Virus genome (UHGV): UHGV-0087734
Direction: 5' to 3' (one strand)
Length of the DNA: 41,126 nucleotides
Origin: a virus
Shown here: positions 33,844 through 41,047 of the stretch, piece after piece
Layout of the letters: each line of letters starts with the position of its first letter
Numbering within the stretch: position 1 is the stretch's first letter
Notes under the pieces: model-generated
The model's input: the letters and a program-made list of their open reading frames with translations, nothing else
What the model was told of the DNA's origin: nothing
Databases searched by the model: none
Made by a program: the position numbers and the translations under genes

Positions 33844-33972
33844 ATGTATGAGATTATTTACAATGGTGAAGTTATTGACACAGCTGCAAACACATATGAT
33901 GCGGTTGAATTAGTAAAAGAATATCGTATGGCTTTTAAATCCAATAATGTATGGTATAAACGAGGTGAATAA
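33844..33972 (+). CDS. Small hypothetical protein (42 aa)
   Basis: AGGAGG RBS; MYEIIYNGEVIDTAANTYDAVELVKEYRMAF... Confidence 0.65.
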   Translation: MYEIIYNGEVIDTAANTYDAVELVKEYRMAFKSNNVWYKRGE

Positions 33973-33973
33973 A

Positions 33974-34138
33974 ATGGAATTTATTAAAGATTGTTTATCA
34001 AGAAAAATGACATTACGTGAAGTTGCTAATAAATGGGGGATCACGTTAGATGAGGTAATGGATAAATACCATCAAGAACGTGCAAAATTTACAGATGAAC
34101 AAATTGAGGTGATCATGAATGAAGTCTATTATAAATAA
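33974..34138 (+). CDS. Small HTH-like protein
   Basis: MTLREVANKWGITLDEV pattern; GAGGTGA RBS. Confidence 0.55.
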   Translation: MEFIKDCLSRKMTLREVANKWGITLDEVMDKYHQERAKFTDEQIEVIMNEVYYK

Positions 34139-34493
34139 GTATGATTATATGAGTGGTAAATTGTTGCAACAATATAGCTCAATAACTGAAGCCGCCAAAG
34201 ATAATAACTTGACATATGTTGCAGTTATGAAGCAGTTGCAACAAGATGTATTGAAATATCCACGACGTGATTATTATTTTGGGTATAAACCAAAAAAACG
34301 TTGGATTATTGTATGTTATGATAACGAAACTCGTTACGAATTAGGTAGATATAAAAATCTGCATGATGCAAATGAAAATACTGGAGTTAACTGGCAACAA
34401 ATATCATGGCAAGTACGAAAGGATTTACCATTTAATAAACGTTTTATGGGATCAACAGGTTTATGGTTTAGACGGGAGGTTATTGAAGTATGA
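34119..34493 (+). CDS. Tandem NUMOD1-like DNA-binding protein without nuclease
   Basis: Two repeats: LLQQYSSITEAAKD and LGRYKNLHDANENTGV. Confidence 0.6.
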   Translation: MKSIINKYDYMSGKLLQQYSSITEAAKDNNLTYVAVMKQLQQDVLKYPRRDYYFGYKPKKRWIIVCYDNETRYELGRYKNLHDANENTGVNWQQISWQVRKDLPFNKRFMGSTGLWFRREVIEV

Positions 34494-34702
34494 TTGATTA
34501 TATGAAGTTGTTACAACAAACACATAATATTTGGATGAAAGGTGATCACGAAAACATCAAATTTATTCGATACATTCTTGATGAACTGCAAAATCTATGG
34601 TGTATTTATATTGACGATACACGATACGCAGATGCTGCATTTGAAGATGCATTTCACATCCTGCTTTTTGATGTTCAAGAATGCGAGGAAGTCAACGAAT
34701 GA
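34490..34702 (+). CDS. Hypothetical protein, probable paralog of 36505-36690
   Basis: NIW..G...I.FI motif shared. Confidence 0.6.
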   Translation: MIDYMKLLQQTHNIWMKGDHENIKFIRYILDELQNLWCIYIDDTRYADAAFEDAFHILLFDVQECEEVNE

Positions 34703-34798
34703 ATGCATAACAAGCATTGTACAATATTGTTCCATCTGGTATAATAATAAATGTAAGGGGGATAACCCTTAAGGATATATTAAACGGAGGAAACAACA
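34703..34798 (+). repeat. Repeated promoter/leader cassette (mosaic copy)
   Basis: Left part is identical to 20019-20084; right part is identical to 25079-25147. Confidence 0.85.
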
Positions 34799-34969
34799 AT
34801 GAAACAACAAATGATTTTAAACAACAAAGTAATTTTCGAAGGTACTGCAAAAGAATGCTTCCGCGAAATGATCAAACGTAATTTGAGCTTAGTACAAAAC
34901 ACTAAAACAAAATTATTCGTAAGTGAAGAAATTTTCGCAGACTTTGGTAATTTTTATACAAGCATCTAA
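34799..34969 (+). CDS. Small hypothetical protein (56 aa)
   Basis: GGAGG RBS; MKQQMILNNKVIFEGTAKECFREM... Confidence 0.65.
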   Translation: MKQQMILNNKVIFEGTAKECFREMIKRNLSLVQNTKTKLFVSEEIFADFGNFYTSI

Positions 34970-34986
34970 TTAAAAGAGGTGATATA

Positions 34987-35412
34987 GTGAATATAAAACA
35001 TAAAAAAGCTAACACTAAAATATATAAAAATTATCATGAAATGAAGCGACGTTGCTATAATAAAAATGCTAGTCAATATCAAGATTATGGTGGACGAGGT
35101 ATTCGAGTATGTGATGAGTGGCTAGCTGAATTTGAAACATTTTATAATTGGGCTATGGATAATGGTTATCGTGAAGGTTTGACTATCGACAGGATTGATG
35201 TTAACGGAAATTATACACCAGATAATTGTAGATGGGTAGATCGTAAAACACAACAACGTAATAGACGAAATAACGTAAATTTCACATATGCAGGTGAAAC
35301 ACATTGCTTAATTGAATGGTGTGAGATCTTAGGATTAAGGTATAATACCGTAGTTAACAGAATACATAAATCTCACTGGCCTATTATTAAAGCATTAGAA
35401 TTAGATAAATAA
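34987..35412 (+). CDS. HNH-type homing endonuclease-like protein, copy 5 (lacks N-terminal Cys domain)
   Basis: YGGRGIRVCDEW and TIDRIDVNGNYTPDNCRW motifs. Confidence 0.78.
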   Translation: MNIKHKKANTKIYKNYHEMKRRCYNKNASQYQDYGGRGIRVCDEWLAEFETFYNWAMDNGYREGLTIDRIDVNGNYTPDNCRWVDRKTQQRNRRNNVNFTYAGETHCLIEWCEILGLRYNTVVNRIHKSHWPIIKALELDK

Positions 35413-35430
35413 TATATGGAGGAAACAACA

Positions 35431-35988
35431 ATGAAAAATGTAAAAACATTAACAGCGGCAATTTTATTAGGTATGGGTTTATTAGTAGGTGGTTGTGGTA
35501 ATAATACAACTCAACCAAAATTGGTACAATTAGATAATGGTCAATATACAATGTCTACTGGTGACGATTATGGTGTTGTTTATTTGAAAGGCTATTCTGA
35601 TGATCAAGTAACAAATTATAAAATGGTTCGTATTATTGGTAAAGATGCAGAAAATGTTGCAACAGTAGATGACTTGAAAAAATATGTTGAAAATAATAAA
35701 TTCTTAGCAATTGCAAATATCCAATATATTGGTGAAGCAGTCGAATATAAAGGTAATGTTTACCAAGCTGCAAATGCAAGTGTGCATGTATATGAAGGTC
35801 AAAAATGTATCATTAATGCGAAAGATAAAGACAATCAAAAAATCACTATTGATGGTGAATTCAAGCAAGTTGCTTTAGGTGAAGTAACAAAAGTTGAACG
35901 TGACGAATCTGGTCATTTGACACATTACACAGTTAAAGTTGTAAAAGATATGAAAGTAGTAGATGATCATGGGGAGGTAAATGACTAA
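35431..35988 (+). CDS. Lipoprotein
   Basis: MKNVK, hydrophobic stretch and lipobox LVGGC; GGAGG RBS. Confidence 0.8.
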   Translation: MKNVKTLTAAILLGMGLLVGGCGNNTTQPKLVQLDNGQYTMSTGDDYGVVYLKGYSDDQVTNYKMVRIIGKDAENVATVDDLKKYVENNKFLAIANIQYIGEAVEYKGNVYQAANASVHVYEGQKCIINAKDKDNQKITIDGEFKQVALGEVTKVERDESGHLTHYTVKVVKDMKVVDDHGEVND

Positions 35989-36179
35989 TGAAAGCATTAA
36001 CAAACGCATATACATTTTATGGATTGGCACCAGTTATTACAGAGGATAATGATAGAGTTATTTTCACGTATAATCTACTTAATAGACATATTGTGATTGA
36101 AGTTAGTGACGAACTTATATATGAAAGAGGAACACATAAAGCAATAAAGAATAGAGTAACGGAGTGGTTAAATGATTAA
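35988..36179 (+). CDS. Hypothetical protein
   Basis: GGAGG RBS; coupled. Confidence 0.6.
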   Translation: MKALTNAYTFYGLAPVITEDNDRVIFTYNLLNRHIVIEVSDELIYERGTHKAIKNRVTEWLND

Positions 36180-36315
36180 AGTTTATAAGCAAGGTGAATT
36201 TGTGAATATATGTTCATACATGGAAGTAGCAAGCAAATTCATTAAAGATAATAATTATCAAATATATACTATTTACTGTGGTGGTAAAGATATTATTGTG
36301 ATCGAGGTAGAATAA
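36172..36315 (+). CDS. Small hypothetical protein (47 aa)
   Basis: GGAG RBS; MIKVYKQGEFVNICSYMEVASKFIKDNNYQI... Confidence 0.55.
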   Translation: MIKVYKQGEFVNICSYMEVASKFIKDNNYQIYTIYCGGKDIIVIEVE

Positions 36316-36317
36316 TA

Positions 36318-36515
36318 ATGACTATTAATTGTATTGATGAACGATTGAAGATTATTAAAAAGCTTTGGAATCGTGAGCATGATCCACATGTGATTGATAT
36401 TTTGTTGAAACAGTTAAAATCTGATATTATATTTTTCTGTAGCGAAAGAATACCATATGAGCTACAAATTCAAATTGATGAATTACAAGACGAGGTTTGG
36501 AAATATGATGATTAG
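36318..36515 (+). CDS. Hypothetical protein
   Basis: GAGGT RBS. Confidence 0.6.
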   Translation: MTINCIDERLKIIKKLWNREHDPHVIDILLKQLKSDIIFFCSERIPYELQIQIDELQDEVWKYDD

Positions 36516-36690
36516 CGACTTATATAATATTTGGTATGATGGCAACAGAAATGACATTAATTTTATTAACACTTGTTATAACATGTTAGGGTGTGCAGTT
36601 TGCTATACCGATGAAGATGATAGAAAATATAAAGACTTATATGAGGGAATTTTGTACGCTATGGAGGATTGGTTATATGATAACAAATAA
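36505..36690 (+). CDS. Hypothetical protein, probable paralog of 34490-34702
   Basis: GAGGT RBS; NIWYDG..DINFI. Confidence 0.6.
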   Translation: MMISDLYNIWYDGNRNDINFINTCYNMLGCAVCYTDEDDRKYKDLYEGILYAMEDWLYDNK

Positions 36691-37282
36691 TCCTGATTTA
36701 TATAATTATATGCGTGATCGTGGGGTCTGGTGTACATATGTTACTCAACCATCGTTAAAGTGGAACACAGATGAGCTAGCTATCATATTCCCCGATACAC
36801 ATAACATGACAGTTTGCGGGAATCGTTTTAATCAAGCTAAAGAAGTAGAGTATCGAAAAGAATGTGATGACATTATTAAGTGGATGCAATGTAGCTCACG
36901 TGTGATCATTGTTACACCTGTGATTAAATTTGATAGTGAATATATGAAAACTGTTGCAACAGAACAATACGAAAAATTGCAGCAGATACGTTACACTAAG
37001 CAGAACATTCACACGCGCGATCTAGGTAGTATCATCGTACCTCATCGTTTACAATTGCGGTATATTGGTATTGATCCTATTGATTTTGATGTTGTCAAAA
37101 ATGATAACTTCAAGGATCCGACATATGTGTGGATTGATAAAGAAAGCGGAATGATCAAAAACCAACAAATGCATTATGTAAACGTGATGAATGTAAGTAA
37201 CGATAAATATACACGCAGAAAACTGCGTTATATTCCAGAATACACATTATTTTCTCAGCTTTACAAAAAGTTGAAATTGTAG
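36677..37282 (+). CDS. Hypothetical protein
   Basis: GGAGG RBS before ATG 36677; long ORF. Confidence 0.7.
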   Translation: MITNNPDLYNYMRDRGVWCTYVTQPSLKWNTDELAIIFPDTHNMTVCGNRFNQAKEVEYRKECDDIIKWMQCSSRVIIVTPVIKFDSEYMKTVATEQYEKLQQIRYTKQNIHTRDLGSIIVPHRLQLRYIGIDPIDFDVVKNDNFKDPTYVWIDKESGMIKNQQMHYVNVMNVSNDKYTRRKLRYIPEYTLFSQLYKKLKL

Positions 37283-37294
37283 TATAATATCCAT

Positions 37295-37549
37295 GTGGAT
37301 AAAGCAAAATTTAGAAGCTCGTCTCAGTGGAAGAAAAAACGTGCTGAGATATTGAGACGAGATCATAAACAATGTAAAATTTGTGGTAGCAAAAAAGATC
37401 TACAAGTACATCATATATATTCGCTAGACACTAATCCAGAATTAAAGCTAGAAAATTCTAATTTGATTACGTTGTGTGATCATTGCCATCACAATGCACA
37501 TAACCAAACATACAGCACAATATATCTTATTACAAAGGCGCATAGTTGA
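37295..37549 (+). CDS. HNH endonuclease, HK97 gp74-like, copy A
   Basis: WKKKR..RD..CKIC, VHHI and NLITLCDHCH motifs. Confidence 0.85.
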   Translation: MDKAKFRSSSQWKKKRAEILRRDHKQCKICGSKKDLQVHHIYSLDTNPELKLENSNLITLCDHCHHNAHNQTYSTIYLITKAHS

Positions 37550-37565
37550 TATGCGTCTTTTGTAT

Positions 37566-37622
37566 TTTACAAACAGTATGATATAGCGTATAATAATAAA
37601 TGTAAGGGGGATACCTCTTAGA
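37566..37622 (+). promoter_or_regulatory. Repeated promoter cassette
   Basis: TTTACA-17-TATAAT; ATAATAAATGTAAGGGGGATACCTCTTA. Confidence 0.72.
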
Positions 37623-37647
37623 TATATGATAATAAGGAGAAATTAAA

Positions 37648-37827
37648 ATGAACAGAAGACAAGCACTTGAAGATTTATTCTTAGCAGTACGTAATGATTT
37701 ATTGAATAAAGGTGTTAGTAAAAAAACCGCATTTAAAGTTGCCGAAGCAGTATTGGCAAAAGCTGCAGATAACAAAAAATTGACAATTGAAGATATTAAA
37801 CGATTACGCGATACGTTTTTGAAGTAG
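37648..37827 (+). CDS. Small hypothetical protein (59 aa)
   Basis: AAGGAG RBS; MNRRQALEDLFLAVRNDLLNKG... Confidence 0.65.
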   Translation: MNRRQALEDLFLAVRNDLLNKGVSKKTAFKVAEAVLAKAADNKKLTIEDIKRLRDTFLK

Positions 37828-37839
37828 GAGGTAAATAAT

Positions 37840-37995
37840 ATGAATTATGATAATGTAATAGTTGTTGCAACGAAAGATGAAGCAATTAAAAAAGCATTTG
37901 AGTTATCAAGTGAGCATGCTGTTTTAATCTGTGATAATATATACGAAAGTGATAAAGATTTTAAAGGAATTATATTACATGTGAAAGGTGAATAA
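37840..37995 (+). CDS. Small hypothetical protein (51 aa)
   Basis: AGGAGG RBS; MNYDNVIVVATKDEAIKKAF... Confidence 0.6.
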   Translation: MNYDNVIVVATKDEAIKKAFELSSEHAVLICDNIYESDKDFKGIILHVKGE

Positions 37996-37996
37996 T

Positions 37997-38356
37997 ATGA
38001 GCAAAAAAATTTGTAAATGGTGTGGTCGTATCGTTGAATACGATCACGAATGTCCAAATAAACCAAAACGTAAAGACACAAGAAAGAAAAATATTAGTGT
38101 AGATAGTCGTTGGCGCAAGATCAGGCAAGAAGTTAAAGAACGTGATTTAAGTTGTAAACTTTGTTGGCACAAAGGGGTTTACAATCCAATTGAAGAAGTA
38201 CATCATATTATTCCGAGAGATGTTGCAACAGATGATGATCACGTATTTGAAGCAAGTAACTGCATCGGGTTATGTCGCGCATGTCATCATGAAGTACATG
38301 AAAATGGTTGGCAAGAATATGCAAAGTTGTTTAAGGAGATGATTGATCATGAGTAA
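37997..38356 (+). CDS. HNH endonuclease, HK97 gp74-like, copy B
   Basis: CKWCG..HEC, WRKIR..ERD..CKLC, VHHIIP and LCRACH motifs. Confidence 0.85.
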   Translation: MSKKICKWCGRIVEYDHECPNKPKRKDTRKKNISVDSRWRKIRQEVKERDLSCKLCWHKGVYNPIEEVHHIIPRDVATDDDHVFEASNCIGLCRACHHEVHENGWQEYAKLFKEMIDHE

Positions 38357-39101
38357 TTTTTATCGTGGATATATTAAGCTAAAGGAAGACAAAACACCAT
38401 ATGACAATAAACGCATGCATCGACATATGATTAATGACTGGCCAACAGTTGGCGGGATCCTGAAAAATGAGTATGTACTCGTCGATATTGATACATATGA
38501 GGATAGCGATTTATTTATGCAGCTTGTAGATGATTATAAATGGAAATGCCATGTTGTTGCAACAGATAGCGGAATTCATGCTATATTTAAAAAACCAGAT
38601 ATTGTACTATCATCTGTTGTAGGTCGCGAACTTATGTGCGGTATTAGGGCCGATTTTAAGATTGGTAGACGAGATTTTAAGAGTAGCGATTATGAATGTG
38701 TCATTAAGCATGGGAAATGTAGGGAATTGTTGCAACAATGTTGTGATCCTCAAATATTACCTTGGCAATTAATGCCATTCACAAATGAGCTTGATTTGAA
38801 AAGTGTTGGTGATGGTGATGGTCGTCATGGTATTCATAGACAATTAATATCACGTGCATGTGCATATACAACAAACGCGAAAGAGATTATCGACTTTGTT
38901 AAGTGGGTAAATTATAACGTGTTTGCTGTTCCTCGTGAGTCGGTAAATTGGAAAGTGCGTGATGTTCAAGATTGGATTGATGATGTATGTGGTAAAGAAA
39001 ATGATATGAGCATCGATGAGATGTTGCAACATTACAACGTAAAAGATTTACGCAAGGTTAAACAATTCATACGTGCTAATTACGATATGAAGGAGGTATG
39101 A
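38349..39101 (+). CDS. Primase (prim-pol/AEP-like N-terminal module)
   Basis: LVDID, TDSGIHAIF and GDGRH motifs; lies upstream of the SF3 helicase. Confidence 0.75.
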   Translation: MSNFYRGYIKLKEDKTPYDNKRMHRHMINDWPTVGGILKNEYVLVDIDTYEDSDLFMQLVDDYKWKCHVVATDSGIHAIFKKPDIVLSSVVGRELMCGIRADFKIGRRDFKSSDYECVIKHGKCRELLQQCCDPQILPWQLMPFTNELDLKSVGDGDGRHGIHRQLISRACAYTTNAKEIIDFVKWVNYNVFAVPRESVNWKVRDVQDWIDDVCGKENDMSIDEMLQHYNVKDLRKVKQFIRANYDMKEV

Positions 39102-39105
39102 TATT

Positions 39106-39261
39106 ATGCAGGAGTTTATTAATTGGGCGTTTTATGGTAAAATAATAGAAGGATTAAAACCTGAGGAAGTATATACATGCTATAAAATTTGGTGTGAGTT
39201 ATTTGGTTATGATCCTATGAAAAAATTTGAGTTTATTGAGGAATGGGGGAAACGTGTATGA
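39106..39261 (+). CDS. Small protein resembling the C-terminal winged helix of D5/P4 primase-helicases
   Basis: AAGGAGG RBS; MQEFINWAFYGKIIEGLKPEEVYTCYKIWCELFGYDPMKKFEFIEEWGKRV; ATGA overlap with the helicase. Confidence 0.6.
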   Translation: MQEFINWAFYGKIIEGLKPEEVYTCYKIWCELFGYDPMKKFEFIEEWGKRV

Positions 39262-40526
39262 GCCGATACAGAGGCAAAGGCAATATATTTTTGCATTATG
39301 AAATGGCAAGCGATATTATTAATGAGTATGACTTTTGTACGATCAACGATACAATATATATTTGGTGGGATGGTAAGTACACACCTGATGTACAAGATAA
39401 AGTTAACTTAATTGGGATTATGCTTGATCCTACAACAACAAAAACAAATCGTACAGAAGTGTATAATACGATCACTGGTTTTAAGTCAACGTTTAGAAAG
39501 TTTGCAGAGGTTGACAAATATAAAATTGCATTTGAGAATGGTGTACTCGATTTAAGTACAATGAAATTCGAAACAGAGTTGTTGCAACAATTTGCAGTAT
39601 GTAATAAAATCCCATGGAATTATAATCCGGATCCTGAAGAACAACCTCAGGTACGCGAACAAATTAAAAAGTGGGCTGATTATGATGAGAACACTGAGAA
39701 ATTATTGTATCAATTAATTGGTTATCCAATGCTTGTCAATTGTAATTTGCGTACAATGTTCTTGCTGCATGGTTCAGCTCAAGGTGGTAAGACTAAATTT
39801 GTAGAATATATGGAGTATGTTTACGGGCCAGAAAATTATGGTACGTTTGATATTGAAGAAATTAATAAGCGATTTAATAAAGCACAAATATGTGGAAAGT
39901 TGTTCAACTATTCAGATGATATTGATGCAGGATATATTGAAAAACCAAATTTCTTGAAACGCCTAATTTCAGGGATCACATCAATGCAAGTTGAAAATAA
40001 AGGTAAAGATGGATATAAATCACCATTTTATGCAAAGCTCATTATGAGTATGAATGAATTCCCTAAAATCAAAATGGATAGTGATGTTACTGCTTGGCAA
40101 TCACGTTTTAATATCATTCACTTTAAACATAAGTTTGAAAAGAATCCTATGTATGATGAGTGGGAAAAACAAAATTTAAAAACTCAAGAAGCGATTGAAT
40201 GGTTGTTGCAACAAAGTACTAAAGCAATTCATGATGCGATTATTAATGGGGGATTTTGTTACAACGATACTAAACAATTTAATGACTTCTTGGAAAATAA
40301 TGCACCATTAATGTATGATGCGTTAAATATGACAATTGATGACTGGGAAGAATACAACGACATAAAGCAATGGTTTAAAAATATCGTAAATGATTATGGA
40401 TCACAAATGTCATTCAAAACATTTATGAACACATTTAATAAGCAAAGTGAAATGTTAAAAATATATCGTACAACAAATACAAAAAATGGTATTCAAAAAG
40501 TCGTATATAAAGTGAAAGAAAAATAA
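39258..40526 (+). CDS. D5-like SF3 helicase
   Basis: IAFENGVLDL, Walker A GSAQGGKT, GKLFNYSDDI and KLIMSMN motifs. Confidence 0.9.
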   Translation: MSRYRGKGNIFLHYEMASDIINEYDFCTINDTIYIWWDGKYTPDVQDKVNLIGIMLDPTTTKTNRTEVYNTITGFKSTFRKFAEVDKYKIAFENGVLDLSTMKFETELLQQFAVCNKIPWNYNPDPEEQPQVREQIKKWADYDENTEKLLYQLIGYPMLVNCNLRTMFLLHGSAQGGKTKFVEYMEYVYGPENYGTFDIEEINKRFNKAQICGKLFNYSDDIDAGYIEKPNFLKRLISGITSMQVENKGKDGYKSPFYAKLIMSMNEFPKIKMDSDVTAWQSRFNIIHFKHKFEKNPMYDEWEKQNLKTQEAIEWLLQQSTKAIHDAIINGGFCYNDTKQFNDFLENNAPLMYDALNMTIDDWEEYNDIKQWFKNIVNDYGSQMSFKTFMNTFNKQSEMLKIYRTTNTKNGIQKVVYKVKEK

Positions 40527-40532
40527 TAAAAT

Positions 40533-40566
40533 GGGGAATATCAGCGAATTGATGTTCCTCGTTTTT
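40533..40566 (+). terminator. Intrinsic terminator after helicase
   Basis: GGGGAATATCAG/TTGATGTTCCTC stem plus T run. Confidence 0.6.
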
Positions 40567-40599
40567 AGTAAATGTAATTATAAACAGATTATAAACAAA

Positions 40600-40880
40600 A
40601 TTCATGCACAAAGTCAGCGCATGAAATCATCGAAAACGCATGAAATGAAATGCCAACGAAGTCAGTAATAGTCTGCAGTATTAACTTTCATGCATTCATG
40701 CATACACTTAGATACTTATTTAATATATAAGATATATAGAGTATATATAGATATAGGGGATGGGAAGCAGAAAAATGTGCACATAAACGCATGAACACCG
40801 AAAAAGTGCAATGAACATAGATGGGGACTGAATAGTTTGTATGCATTTTACATGCATTTTACATGCATTTCATGTATTTT
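40600..40880. repeat. Iteron-like GCATGAA/ATGCAT repeats, candidate replication origin
   Basis: CGCATGAA at 40618, 40637, 40788; TTCATGCA at 40601, 40687, 40695; tandem ATGCATTTTAC from 40841; TA-rich tract 40720-40755; non-coding. Confidence 0.55.
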
Positions 40881-40953
40881 GAACAAATTGAACAACAAAT
40901 TGCTATATTTCGACGGGATAACGTAGCAGGATCATGAGCTAACTTTCGAAACA

Positions 40954-41047
40954 TACTATATATTGTATCTCTACTGTTATCATGTAGCTATATTCTGTAT
41001 ATACAATATATTGCTAGACTAATTGTTACTAACTACTGTATATGGTA
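40954..41047. promoter_or_regulatory. Four-box NrdR-box-like array 6 (no terminator)
   Basis: Boxes at 40954 TACTATATATTGTA, 40986 AGCTATATTCTGTA, 41002 TACAATATATTGCT, 41034 TACTGTATATGGTA; spacers 18/2/18. Confidence 0.8.

Noticed and set aside
10371..37622. Repeated 60-100 bp sequences as a CRISPR array or IS ends
   Set aside because: Copies are kilobases apart, contain -35/-10 and RBS elements, and have no regular spacers, cas genes or transposase.
1096..39517. All minus-strand ORFs and short alternative-frame plus-strand ORFs in the ORF track
   Set aside because: They overlap well-supported plus-strand genes or promoters and show no recognisable motifs; treated as shadow ORFs.
19890..41047. 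Four-box arrays as integron attC or site-specific recombination sites
   Set aside because: The position after stop codons is suggestive, but there are no RYYYAAC/GTTRRRY ends and no recombinase in the window, two copies lack the extended stem, and the box sequence and 32-bp pitch fit NrdR better.
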